Source: Thecamonas trahens ATCC 50062 (Eukaryota > Protista > Apusomonadida). Taken from it: DNA of 64,000 bases. Made by a program: the position numbers and the translations under genes. The stretch lies in assembly GCF_000142905.1 (NCBI RefSeq), contig NW_013657626.1, positions 124,001-188,000 on the forward strand, in the 5' to 3' direction. The notes beneath the pieces are model-generated. The model searched no databases and was not told the DNA's origin. It was given only the letters and a program-made list of their open reading frames with translations. Positions 51,117-63,999 of this stretch are shown piece after piece (positions within the stretch are counted from its first letter, which is position 1; each line of letters begins with the position of its first letter).

Positions 51117-51542
51117 GTCGGTTGATGCACGTGAGAGAGATGTGAGCGGAAATGCGGTTGCCTCCCCAAAAAACCATTCCAAGAACTGTGGTGCGCCACA
51201 CCTACCCCCATCACCGCTGCCCATCGCTGGCTTGGGCGCAAGCAACCCGCGTCTCTGTCGACTACCATGGCTAGTCTTGTACCTTGTTTGCTCTTCCGTG
51301 CCCGAACATGCTCAACCCCTGATGTATCGCATGCGCTGGGCTTGATTGCAGCAGCGCACCTCTCTTGTCACACGCGTGCCAATCAATTCCGACCATAACC
51401 AGCCACTTGCAGCATGCCACATGTCAAACGGTGGCCTCACCATGTGGGGCGGCACAAATTTTACCCCCCCCCCCCCCCCCTCCCTCCACCCTTGCACGTT
51501 TTCGGGGCGCCTTTCACACGCCACTCCACCGACCAAGGTGCC

Positions 51543-52727
51543 ATGTGGCGGACGCTCGCTCCCCTTGCCAGCCGGCGACTCTGCCACCCGCTTCGAACAG
51601 CGGCGACGACCACGACGACGAGTGCGCCGACTTTGAGCCGCCGCTGGGTAGCTGTAGCGGCGGCGGTGGCGGCGGTAGCCGGCACGGCATGGGCCGCCAA
51701 CTCGGGCCCGCTGCTCGAGCCGTCGCTCCGGGTCGCCGCCTGGCTCGCCTCGCGGCTCTCGCCCCATCCGCTGCGGATCGAGTTTGACTCGGCCGAAGGC
51801 ACGCTGCTGCTGCCGCGGACGGAGCTGCGGCTGGACCATTTGCGGGTGACTCGGACGCCCGAGGGCGCCAGCCGCGACATCGCCGCCGGCTTTGATCTGG
51901 TCGCTGCCCGGGTCGATCTCGTCGCAGCACGTGGCATGGCCACGCCGTCCGGTGCGCCTGTTATCGAGAGCCTGCATGTCTCGGGCCTCTCGGGCACCGT
52001 TCGCACCGCGCCGCACTCGCCGCCACTGCCACACGTCGTCATCGGCCACGCCCGGCTGGACCACGCCGCGCTCGTTGTCGACTTGCACACTCACCAGCAG
52101 AACCTGCCGCTGCCGCTGGTGGTCAAGGCCGCCGAGATCCGCGACCTCGATATTGCCGACGTACCGGCCTCGCTCGCGCTGGCCAGGCTACAGGGTCTCG
52201 TCGACGGTGTTGGCACCTTCCATCTCACCTCAGGCGGGGCCGACGCCGACGTCGAGCTCGCGCTAAGGAATATCCCGCTCGTCAGGGTCTCGGCCATGGC
52301 GCCTGCGGGCTCGGCACTCGAGTGGCTCTCACGCGGCGGCCTCGACCTCGGTGTCCAAGCCAAGTACGTCTACGATCCGATCAACCCCTCGCGGCTCTCG
52401 CATGTCACTCTCAGAGTCTCATCGCGGCTTTTCGACCTTGCTGCCGACATTCCGGCCTCGCGCCGCGACCAGCTCGCTCCCTCACGCCTCGCCGCCGTCC
52501 GCACCTTTGTCGCGTACGTCAACTCACACTCGCGCGCCATTGACCTCGCCTACACCGTCCGGGTCACTCCCGCCGAGCTCCGCGACGCACTCGCTGAGTG
52601 CGGCGAGTCGCGAACCCGTGCCTTTGTCACGCTCTTCCTTCGCGCGCTTTCGACCGAGCTCTTCCGCTCCGCCGGCTCCTCGCTCCTCGAAGGCCTCTCG
52701 GCTCTTGTCGACCGCGCCCGTCAATGA
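51543..52727 (+). CDS. Mitochondrial MDM31/AsmA-like protein (putative)
   Basis: Arg/Thr-rich presequence MWRTLAPLASRRL, one TM helix, then beta-rich IEFDSAEG...LRLDHLRVTR...FDLVAARVDL resembling Mdm31. Confidence 0.45.
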   Translation: MWRTLAPLASRRLCHPLRTAATTTTTSAPTLSRRWVAVAAAVAAVAGTAWAANSGPLLEPSLRVAAWLASRLSPHPLRIEFDSAEGTLLLPRTELRLDHLRVTRTPEGASRDIAAGFDLVAARVDLVAARGMATPSGAPVIESLHVSGLSGTVRTAPHSPPLPHVVIGHARLDHAALVVDLHTHQQNLPLPLVVKAAEIRDLDIADVPASLALARLQGLVDGVGTFHLTSGGADADVELALRNIPLVRVSAMAPAGSALEWLSRGGLDLGVQAKYVYDPINPSRLSHVTLRVSSRLFDLAADIPASRRDQLAPSRLAAVRTFVAYVNSHSRAIDLAYTVRVTPAELRDALAECGESRTRAFVTLFLRALSTELFRSAGSSLLEGLSALVDRARQ

Positions 52728-52745
52728 CCAATGGATGCACTCGAT

Positions 52746-55700
52746 TTACCCCTGCGTCTGCAGTGCCTGGCGAACCTGCTTGGCGCCGCGCGCGATGGCT
52801 ACCTCAGCGTCCTGCTCCCGCCGCCGCAACGCGGCTTCAAGAGGCTCGCGCACCGGCTCGCCGGCCGCGCCGAGACGTGGCAAGGCGTCGACAAGGATTG
52901 TCGCCAGCGCGAGCCCGGCCTCACGTACAGACTTGAACTGCGCCTCGTCCAGAGCTGCGATTGCCGCCTCGTTGGCTGCAGCCACTGCGCCACTGGCGGT
53001 GGCGAGGCAACCGGCTCCGCGCTCAATGATCTTAGCCAGCGCGCCGAGCGCTGCGTTACGCACAATCCACGGGTTGCCCGCCACCACCGCCGCCAGGCTC
53101 GCCACCAGCTCGGCTGTTGGCTCCGGCTCCTGCGCTTCAGCCGCCAGCGGGTACGACGCGCCAAGCGCATGCAGCACCTCGGCTTGTGTCGCCAGAAACC
53201 GCGGCTTGCTCCCCGGCTTGTCAACATCCTCGAACGAAGTGAACGCCATTTCGCTGAGTGCGGCGACAACTGCGGCATGGATGGCGAGCCCGGTACGGGC
53301 ATCGACGGCGGTCGCGTAGTACCGCACTGCCTTGACCACAATCTTGGTCACCGCGTACCGGTACACTGCCTTGCGCTTGACAGCCTGCTCCAGCACTCCG
53401 TCGACCACGGCGGGCGCCGCTGCCAACGCAGCGCGGTCGGCCTTGGCCAGCAGGAGCGCCACATCGACGTATGCCTCGACCAGTGCCTCCTTGCCATCCC
53501 ACAGTCGACCAGCAAGGCCAGCCTCAAGCGCGGCAAGCACGCCCTCGGCACCACACTCGACGCCTGCCAGCGCCGTCGGTGCCGCCGTCGCCATGAACGA
53601 AAGCGACGCCGCGGCTTGCTTGCGGAGGGGCCATTGGTCAGCCACCAGCGCCCGCGTCACCAGCGCCACCAGCTCGTCGGCATAGAGCCGCACACCACCG
53701 GTGTTTCCTGATGTGTTTTCCTCCCACACCGCGCGGAAGAGCTTGGCCGTCTCCTCCCGCCCGTTGTGCATGGCAACAAGGCAAACAGGCAGCACGTCAG
53801 CGCCAAACGTTTTCAGCCGCCCCGGCGCCGCCTTGGACATCTGCATCAGCACCATGCCCACCGTGCCCTGCACCTCCGAGTCCGGCGTCGCTGCCATGTA
53901 CTCGTCGACAAGCTGGCCCAACGTTCGCGCGAGCGTCTTGGTCTTGGCGTGGCGGGCGCAAAAGCCGAGCGCCATGGCGTTTGCCGCGCGCATGCCCGGC
54001 GAAGAGTCGTGCAGCGCACGCATCAGCGCCTTCATCAACCGCTTGCAGTACGGCGTCACCTCGGTCGCCAACATCTCGACAAGGTCCATAACTAGCTTAG
54101 CCGCGCCAACCTTGGTCGGGAGCCCCACCCCACGGGTGATGACGCCAACAAGTTCCGGAACAAGCCGCTCCAGAGTCGGCGCGTCCGCAAAGCCCACCGC
54201 AGCCTCCAGCGTCCGCGAAATCGGCGACGCCTTGGCCATCGCCAGCCGCGCGCCCTCGACCTGCTCAGTCGTCAGGTTGTACCGGTCCTTGTTGAGCGTC
54301 ACGTAGTTGAACTCCTGCGGCTCGAGCGTCGACATGGCCCGCAACAGCGTGCCCACAAGTGCAGGCAAGTGCGGCTTGAGCAGCTCGCGCGCCTTTTTCA
54401 CGATCCGCACAATGAGCGAGAGCGAGAAAGCCTGCACCGGCTTGGCGTCCGAGACGAGGCCCTTCTCCAGCAAAAACGGCATCATGATGTCGAGGGCAGG
54501 GCAGGCGCCACTGGCCTCAGCTGCAGCCTCAGGGGAGCAGAACTGCAGAGTAACCTTGCCGAGCGACGAGCATGCCTTGAGGGCGGCGAGACGGACGGAC
54601 TCCTTGATGTCGTCCAGTGCCCGGAACGCCATCGTCCACATCTCCTCCAGCCGCGCCTGTACCGTCGTCAGCGGCGGCGAAGTCTCTAGCAGCGCGCCGA
54701 GCGCGAGTACCGAGGCCTCGCGAACCCGCCATGCCCGCTGCCCGATGCCTTCCAGCGCCGATGAGAGTACCTCGTCAAACTGCTCCGCCACAATCATCCT
54801 CTCAGTCTGCACGCTCGACTCACTACGAGCCTCGGCCACAACACCCACCAGCGCCTTCCAAATCCGCGCCATCGACGCCTGCACCCGCTCGTCAGGATCA
54901 AACCGGTACCGGAACAGCTTGGGTGCAAGTGCCGGGACAAGATCGACCAGCGCTGCCCGCGCAGTCTCTGACTCTGCCAGTGCAGCAAAGCCCGACGCTG
55001 CACCCGTCCGCGAGGTCCACAGTGCGTTCGACCGCGCAAGGCCCATAAACTTGTAGATGAGCTCCGGCTGGCCAACGTCGGTCGCCAGCGAGCAGATCTC
55101 TTGGTATGTTGCCAGCGAGCCACCGTCGGGCGTGAGCCCCAGCGCCTCGGCCTGGAAGAGCGGCTCGCCAGCCTGCACCGCCATCTTGGTCGTCGCATTG
55201 CCCGCACCTGTCGAGAGGGTCTTGACTAGCCCCGCAAGGAGCCGCTCCTGCGTCGACGTCTCGGTCGAGAGCTGGTACGTCAGCGAGAGGCCTGTCGACG
55301 CCGCCTCTTGCGTGAACAGGTCGCGGTCAGTGAGCGCGTACTCGAACGCAGCCTGAACGTCCACAATGTGCGATGCCAGCACCGTCCGCGCCCCGGCGTT
55401 GTCCGCCAGTCGGGAGGCAGACTCGCAGCACTGCACGAGCCACAGTGTCGCCGCCTGGCGCAGGAACGAGTGCCCACTTCCAACCCCGTCGACAAGAATC
55501 CGCTTGAGCAGGTCAACCACAAACGAGGTCTCGGCCTCGCTCTTCTCCCGCACAACTGTCCACGCTCCCGCGTCAAGCGCGCTGGTGTCAGATCCAAGCA
55601 GAACGCATGCCATCGTGTGAGCCGCGCCAAGCTGCAGCCCGACAGCCTTGACGCGGCCAAGTGTAAAGCATGCGTCGATGACCGCGCTCTCATATGCCGC

Positions 55701-58108
55701 ATGCGGCTCGCCGACACACACCTGACCAAGAGCACGCAGTGCCGCGCCGTGCATGGCAGCCGCCAGCGATGAGCCTGAGCTCGAGGTAGCGGCTGTGCCC
55801 TGTGGGACAAGGGCAAGCAGCTGGCCCACCGTCGCCTCGCGCGCCGCCGCGCCGCCGCTCAGCGGCAAAGGCATCAGGCTGCCGAGCTCACCGAGAGTTC
55901 GGCAAAGGGCAGCGCCAACAAGCGGCGAAACGTTCTTCCCGCCGGCCGCCAGCCACTCGGCCGCCAGCTCGGCGAGGGCGGTGACTTGAAGCAATGGCTC
56001 GCTCGTCGCAGCAAGTCCGCTTGCCTGGACGCGGAGCAGCGCTGCCGCGGCCCCGGCAGCCGCCACCAGTCGGCCGTGCTTGGCTTCTTCGCTTGCCTCG
56101 GGCACCAGGCCCTCGAGCAGTGGACCGAGGACTGCGCCAGGATCGGCCACAGGCGCCAGTGCCGCCAGAACGCGAGCAGCATCCTCACGCACACCCGCCT
56201 TGGCCGCTGCGCACAGCGGGAGAACCGCGGACGCCGGCACCAACTCGACCGTCTCCGGTCGAGCCCACGCATCCGCCATCCCGGCCAGCACGCTCACGGC
56301 TTGTGCCTGAAGCGCAGGGCGGGCTTCCCCAAATCGACCCAGCGCTTCAACAAGGAGAGCAACCAGCGGCTGTGCATCAGGCGGCAGCGACCCGTTGGCG
56401 TCGTTCTTGCGCCACGCATTGTAGGCTGCGGCGCAAAAGCCAAAGCCGTGAACAAGGCTCTCGGGTGATGCCGCACCATGGAGCGCAAAGTGCGCTGCAG
56501 TGGCTCCAAAGTCCGGGTACGCCACACTCGTGTCCGGCACCACGCCGGCGCCCATGTTGATATAAGGGCGGAGTCCGCGCTCAGCCTCGTTGGCCACCGC
56601 CAGATTGGTGTCGCTCGCCAGCCGCGCACACAACAGCCGCGACGGAAGATGTGCAAACGGAAAGAGGTGCATGACGTAGAAGAGCGCCATCAGCCGTGCC
56701 TGGACTGCTCCCGACGCGGCGTACTTTTCCAGCACATCAAACACAGGCCCCTGCGCACTTTCCGGAAGTGGGTCAAACGCGCCCATCAAGTCGGTGAGCG
56801 CCTCCTTGACTGCAGCGCGATCAGACGCGCTCCCGCTCTCGGCGGCGTCAAAGAACGACGCCAAGACCCGGAGGTTTGGTCCGACCAGCGACGGCACAAT
56901 CCGTGCACACCGTCCGACCGCCACATACCCAAACGAGCCGAGGCCAGTTCCGGCAATTGACGGCAGGAGCATGTCAAGGAGCGCGCGCGCCAGCGGGACA
57001 AGCCGCTCGGGCTCGGCTGTGCGGAACAGAGCCTGGAACAGGGCCTTACCGGCGGCGGTCATCCGGGCCTGCGGCGAGAGAAGCGCGCTCCGCAGCGTGT
57101 CAAACAGCCGCGGCGCTGCAAGTGCGGCATCGGGTGCGTTGGCGAGATGCGTGAGCGCGGCTAGGGCAAGGTCAATAGATGCTGGCCGAACGCGCTCGCT
57201 CGAGTCGCCGGCCACGTATGCGCAGAGCCGATCAAGGGTGACAACGCTTGTCGGGCTGAACGTCGACGGCGGAAAGTGCGAGCGCATGGCGTGCGAGGCC
57301 AAGTCGCGGGCCGTCGGGTTGGCCGAGTGCGCCGCCACAAGCGCCATCGGGAACACAGCTTGCAGCCAGCCAGCATCAGCGGCGGCAACGTCAAGAGCAT
57401 ACGAGAGGATCGAGGCCTGACAGGCGGACAGGTGCGACGGGTTCGCCGGTTTGAGTGACGCCAGCCGCTTGCACCGCATCCGCGAGAGACCCGGCGGCGG
57501 CTCCGGCAACGGCGCGCCCGTCTCGCGTTGCGCGGTTTGGCTCTCAATGTCCTGCGGGCGGAAGAGGAGGAGATCGTGGCCAAAGTCAACAACGGCCTCG
57601 AGCGCGCCGGCCGGCGGAAGCGCTTCTGGCTGCGGAGCAGCGCATGCGAGATGAGGAGCCATGATGTGAAGGATGGCATTGCGATGGTTGGCCGGGATAG
57701 CCGGCGAGACAAGGGCGTGAACAAGCTTGCGAATCGCAGTTGGCAGAGCTTGGGCGTGGGGTGATCGGCAGCGACCGCGACAGGAGCAAGAGCCTTGTTG
57801 AGGTAGACGAGGGTCAGGTTCTTGACCAGGGGTGGGACGCTGGCATCGATGTACTGATCCACAAGCGACATGAGCGGGAAGACGGCCGGTGAGGAGGGGA
57901 AGCGAGAGTTGATGTGGCCGACAAGAGCCACCACTTTTTTCTTGACTGCGGCTTGTGGCGCCGCCAGCAGCTGGAGTGCCGGCACCAGGAAGGTTGCCAG
58001 GATCGGTGCCGCCGCCTCGGCATTGTCAGCCATGGCCAGACGGAGGAGGACCTTGTCGAGAATGGCCACCTCCTGTGCCCCGTCGTCATTGCTGCTGCCA
58101 CTCGACAT
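52746..58108 (-). CDS. ECM29: Proteasome adapter ECM29 (HEAT repeats); frameshift ~57760
   Basis: N-terminal ILDKVLLRLAMAD...KKKVVALVGHINSR. Internal blocks TYQEICSLATDVGQPELIYKFM, PKLFRYRFDP, WRVREASVLAL, FRALDDIKESVR and GVGLPTKVG. Confidence 0.93.
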
Positions 58109-58327
58109 GGGTTCGAGGAAGAGTGGTGTAGTGCTGTCGGAGAGAGGCTGTGTGTGAGAGAGAGAGTGTGTGTGTGCGTGCTGGGTGTTGAGTGAGTGCG
58201 GGGAGGGGCTTGTTCCGGAGGTCGCCAGGTCGCGCAACATGCGAAAGCGCGTGCCGCGCGCATGTCGCAAAGTGAAACGCGATGACTTTGATTGGGGAAA
58301 TGTACGGGATGGTGTGTGGCCGACCGT

Positions 58328-61300
58328 CTAGTCGCTGCTCGAGTACGTCGATGAGCCAGAGGTATTGCCAGGTACGGTGAGCGGCGGTGGGAGCGGGACA
58401 ATGTCCTCGCCGGTGGGAGCAGCAGGGGCGGCCAAGACGCTTGACAGCGCCAGCGAGTCGGCGGCGAGCGAGTCGGCATGGACGTCCGAGATGGAGACGG
58501 TGTCGGCACGATCGAGCCTGGGGTCCGACTCCATGATGTCGAGGCTCACACTGTTGCTGTCCATGCCGCGCATAGCGTGGCCAGCCTTGACATCGTCGCC
58601 GTCGTCGACAAGCGCGCCATCGTAGTCAAGGGCGCCGACAAAGGCCTCGGCGCCGGCGCCCTCTTCGTCGGCGCGGATCTGCCGCCAGTCAAGGACAAAG
58701 CCGCCAAGCATGGTGACAATGTTGAGGACGATGCCGCCCAGCACGATTGCCGGCCGCATGTCGTCATGCTGCATGGTGCCACCCCAGAGGACAAGCGAGA
58801 CAGCGGCGAGGCAGACAATGGCCATCGAGTTGTGGAGCGAGGCACAGTATGGCATAGTGAGGGTTAGATGAACAAGACACACGCCGAGGACAAAGAGTGC
58901 GGCGTTGGCCTTGTTGATCACGTCGCGGAAGACGACCATGGCAAGAACCACGCCGATCTTGCGCCCCATGATGGCAAGCTCGTAGGCAAATGCCTCGGCT
59001 GTAAACCGGCCGACGAGGAACCCGTACCGCAGTGCAAACTCGAGCTCGCTCAGCTGTTCGCGCTTCTTGAACAGCAACCTGCAGACCGCGAGCGGAATAC
59101 CAACGACGTACAGCAGCGTGCCGATGATAGCGACCGGGAACAGGCCCCAGTAGCCCTCATCGTAGCACCTGACGTACCTGGCATCGTCGAGGCGCCAGAA
59201 CCGTGAGCCGTCGCGCCGGGTGCATGAGTAGAAGCCAAGAGCAGCAGATGCCAGCGGGAGAAAAAGATGACCAGGAGCTGATAGTAGGCGCGCTTGGTGG
59301 CATCGACGAGCGAGTCGCGCGTCATAGCCACCTCGTCGTCCTGCGAGTGAAGATCGTCGCCGACCTCGGCCTCCTCCACCGTCTCGTTTGTCTTTTTGGC
59401 CGCCCGGCGGACAAAGAATAGCCCGACGACAAAGACAATGGCAAAGGGAATGATGAACAGGAGCGGGAGGCAGAGCGTGAAGATCCACTTCACCTTCCAC
59501 TTGACTTCATCGTTGAGGCACTCGAGCGTGAGCAGGTCGAGGTTGTATGTCGAGAGCGAGGTGATGACCATCCACGTCTCGCCGAGGGTACCCCAGTTGA
59601 GCGCGAGCTTGCCGTAGATGGCGGTGATCTGCAGCGAGTTGAGCCCGATCATGATGGCGCCAAACTTGTGGACCTCCCCGGTCCGGGTGTTGAACCAGAG
59701 GAGCGCACCGGCGACAGCGATGCCAAGGACGAAGAGGACCAGGATCATCGGCACCACCCGCCCGTCACACTTGGTGCACCGCTGGCCGAGCTTGAAAAAG
59801 TCTTGCTCACAGTCAGTGCACTCGGGACCGCGGTAGCCGCGCTTGCAGCCCTGCGAGCCGCAGCCAGGGCCGGATCCACATGAGACAAAGCCGTCCGGGC
59901 TCGAGTCGGACGGCGCAAAGCCGGGCGCAGGCTGGGCTGGGCTACCTCCGCCGGCGCACACTCCGCCGGTCGGACACGGCAGGCAAGGCGGCGAGCCGCT
60001 CTTGTCAGCAGAGTATGCGCCGGGCAGGCAGGTGCAGGTTGTACCACCGAGTGACGGCAGCGGCGTCGAGAGCGCCGGACATGTGGTGCAGTTGGTGTTT
60101 CCGTTTCCGTCGGCAAACGCGCCAGTCGGACACGGCGTGCACGGATCGGCCGACGTTGCGCCCGAGTACGTGTTCGGCGGGCAGGTGATGCAGAGGAGCA
60201 GCGTTGGCGCGGCAGTGAGCGGCGGCGGGGGCACGGCCGAGGCGCCCATGCCGGGACCGCAGGCCGAGATCGGGACCGAGATTGGGAGTGTGGCCGCCGC
60301 CGGCGGCGGTCCGACAAGCGCTGGCGCTGGTGGGGGTCCGGCAAGAAGCGTCGCGACCACAGGCACCGCCGGCGTCGGGAACGAGACAGCTCGTGCAATC
60401 GGCACCTGATCAGCGGTGGCACCGGCAAGCGCCACCAAAGCCAGGTCAAATCCGGCGCTTGTTCCAGAGCCAGTCAGCGGGAGCTTGATCGACTGTGCTA
60501 TGCTTGCGCCGCCAGCAGCAACCAGCGGCCCGACGAAGAGCGCGTCGCCAGGCAGCACGAGACCGAGGCTGGCGCCAGCCGCCACATCGAGCGTGAGCTC
60601 AAGCTCGAGGCTACTCGAGTCGACAGCTTGTCCAAGCGCATCGACTACGCCCACCCGCCCGGTACCAAAAGCCACACCCGAGACGGCTGTTGACGGCACA
60701 CTGCTCTCCAGCATGAGTGCGTACGGCGGTGTCGACACAGGTCGGACTGGGACGATCGGCGGAGAGAGCGGGCCGGGCCGGAGGAAGGCATCACGGCCGG
60801 GAATCAAGAACTCTAGCGGCGCCTTGACCAGCGCGCGCGGTGCCATTGCCGGAAGGCTGCCGGTGCGCGGGGTGCAGAGGAAGAGCGTCGAGCCGTCCTT
60901 GGCCTGAGCTCCGCCATTTAGCCCGGCGTTGAGGTTCATCCACGACGGAAGCGCAGCGTCGTCGACACCCCCGTCGGAGAAGACCATCGGCATCTGGCAA
61001 CCAAAGATGGCGCCACCGTAGTCAGCAACATTGTCGCGGATGATCGAGTCTACTGGTCCAGAAAAGAAGATGCCGCCGATGGCGTCAGTGTAGCCGGCTG
61101 CTCGTGACCCGAGCGCAGCCAGTCCGATGGTATCGGCCTGTTCGTCAGCGCGCGGCGCGACGAGCTTGAGATCAGGCGTGGCCGGAAGTGGCAGGTAGCC
61201 AGTGAACACGCCACCGAGAGCGCCGCCAAAGACGGCGACATTGTCGCGCCAAACTGCGCCAGCAATGGCAATTGCGGCGTGGGAGGCTTTGGAGAAGAGG

Positions 61301-63999
61301 CAGCCACCGGCGACTGACGCGGTGTTTTCGGTGCATTGCAGGCCAGTGAGCGAAAGTCCAACCTTGGTCATGCCCGTCAACTTGAGATTGCCGGCGTTAA
61401 AGGCTGCGAGCGCGGCAGGGGCCGGCAAGACGCCGATGCCAGCACCGTATTGAGCGGCGTTGTTGGTAAAGACGGAGTCAGTGACCGAGATAGTGCCGAC
61501 ACCAGAGGTAGCCGGGATAGCGATGGCGAGCACGCCGCCGAAGCCGAGCGAGGCTGTGTTGGCCGATGCGGTGAGGCGAGTGACCTCGAGCTGGGACTTG
61601 AGCCCCGTACCGGCAAACATGACGGCGCCACCAGAGCCATCCATGGCCGAGTTGTCGACAGCGTTGACATCAATAAGCTCGAGACGCACGCTCTCTCCCA
61701 CGGCAGCGATGGCGCCACCGGATGCATACGCGCGGTTCCCGGAAAGGACCACATGCTCAAGCCGGGCAGATGCTGGTCCGGCAACAAAGACCGCCGAGCC
61801 GTAGCCGGTGTGGGCCGAATCAGCCGCGGCGGATCGGGTGGCAGCAAGTGACGAGCAATTGTCAAAGCGAACGTTGGAGAGCACAAGCTCTGCGCCATCT
61901 AGGGCGACAATAGCAGCGTGCGGGTACGGGGTCGCATCGTTAGCTGCGAGGCCGGCGTCGAGCGCAACAGCAGTGGCCTTGATGTTGACGTTGGTGAGCC
62001 CGAGCTTTGTCCGCAATCCGGCAACCGAGAACAGAACACCGGAGCCCTGGCAGTCGAGGGCAACGTGGTTGGCGCCGGCCGCGTCCTGCGGTGGGCCAAC
62101 AAGCCGAACGGCGACGCCAGGCCGGATCGGGAGGCCGAGTGGGGCGCAGCCGGTGTAGCGGCCGGGTGGGAGGAGGAGCTCGGTCCAGGTTGCAGACGGC
62201 GGGAGCTGAGCAAGCGCAGCAGCGATACAGTCGACGGTGTAGCCGCAGGTGGCCACGTCGACGGCAGCGACAGAGCCGCGGAGAATGGCTGATGAGCCAA
62301 AGCGGGTCGAAGCGCGAGCAAGGCCACCTGTCGCGTCGGAAAACACCAGGTCGATGACGCCGTCAGCGTCGGCGTCGACAGGAAAGGCGCTGACTGCTGG
62401 GACGCCGGTAAAGTCAACCAACTTTGCGGGCAATGCCAGTTCAAACTTGCCCACGGCGCTGATCTTGCCGAGTGCTACGTTGAAGCCTGTGCCCGAGTTG
62501 CCGTCGAGGCCAGTGATGTCGGTGACGCCGTCGCCGTTGGCGTCGACGAGCCGAATCGATGAGCCGAATCGACCTTGGTCTCCGGCCTGGGTGGCAAACA
62601 AGCGCGGCTGGGGTGCGGGACCGGCCGAGGCGCCGGGAAGCGGAAGCTCGCATGCCCAGTATTGGTTCTTGGCCGCCTCGACATTGAATATGAGGTTGAC
62701 AGCGGACGCCGATGGGGTGCCGTCGGCGCCAAGCGGCGACGAGTTGACCAACAGCAGACCGTGTGTGAGTGCGGTGAGCCGCATGCCGAGCGTCGACGAG
62801 GTGTTGCAAAGAAACGGTGTGGCGAGCGCAGTGGCACCATAGGTGGCTTCGCCGTGAACTGCGGGATCGGCGAGGAAGACAAAGAGCGCCGAGGTAGTCA
62901 CAAGATCGCCCGAGGTGAAGACAATGTCCATGCGGGAGTCGGCGTTGACATCAAGAACTGTCATGAAATGGTCGTTGGGCTTGAAGCTCGTCGACGGAGT
63001 CGGATAGTCTGCACCAAAGCGGGCGGCAAAGACCGAGTAGTCGCCGGCGTTGTCTTCGTTGCGGATCCAGTAGAGGTATTCGGCGTTGGTGATGATGATA
63101 TCGTAGCCGGCACCGTCACCGACAACGTCGGCAAGCATGATATGCTCGGCGGCAGCGGTGAGGACGCCGGGAAGCGAGGGCGGGACGGTGATGTAGGTCG
63201 GCTGGCGAGCGGCAGCAGGCGTGGCGGCGAGCGCGTCCGCGGCCTTGATGTAGGCAAAGGTAGACGGCGAGCCAGTGAGGGTAAAGACAATGTCGGCCGC
63301 GCCGTCGGCATCAATGGCGCCGACGGCGGTCTTGGCCACATTGGCAGTCCTTTCGAGCTCAAAGGTTGGCGAGGTGAGGATCGAGTCCGGCGTGGCCGCG
63401 GCCCAGCCGGCGACAAAGACGACACGGCCGAGGAAAAACGCCCAGCCGTCAGGGTAGCCGTCACGGTTGACGTCGAGGGGGCCAACAAAGACCGGGTTAC
63501 GGAACTTGTTGAACTCGATAAGGTTGACGGTCGGCGGCTTGTACACCGGAAAGAGGGGAGCCTCGGGAGACGAAACCGGCGGTGCGGTGAGGAGAGCAAT
63601 GTGACTGTAGGAGCTCACGTCGGTGACAAAGATCTCCGGGCCTGCGCCTCTGGCGGCGCCGACGGCAAAGGTGTCAATAACAAACTCTGGCGTGAGTGAC
63701 TGAGCCGTGATCAAGGTAAACTGACGGAGGCCAGCCGAGGCGTCGATGGGACCCGACAGGAGGACGATGACGTTTTTGGCGAGGGCGATGAGGTCCGCAG
63801 CGCCGTTGCCGTCGACGTCTACTGCAGAAAAGGCAGACCAGCCTGTGTTGAGCTTGATGGGCAGCCGAGCAAGGATGGCGCCTTGGCTCTGAGCCACGTA
63901 GCCGTAGGTGTAGTTGATGCCACCCGACTCGATGGGAGTAGCGGCGCGGGCAACGTACACCATGCCGGCGAGCGCGACGCTCTTGGGCGCCGACGTGAC
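58328..63999 (-). CDS. Giant receptor-like protein: FG-GAP repeats, beta-helix (GGA-type) repeats, Cys-rich repeats, multi-TM (~7) domain; 5'-partial; frameshift ~59263
   Basis: DVDGNGAAD, DVNRDGYPD and DANGDGVTD motifs; N.A..GGA repeats; CPPNTYS...CTPCPTG...CLPCPTGGVC. The TM region continues in ORF 58328..59500 (LRYGFLVGRF...YELAIMGRK). The shift falls in a T homopolymer. Confidence 0.85.

Noticed and set aside
58232-58270. Imperfect palindrome GCAACATGCG...CGCATGTCGC upstream of ECM29
   Set aside because: It is short and GC-rich, plausible by chance, and there is no second instance in the window.
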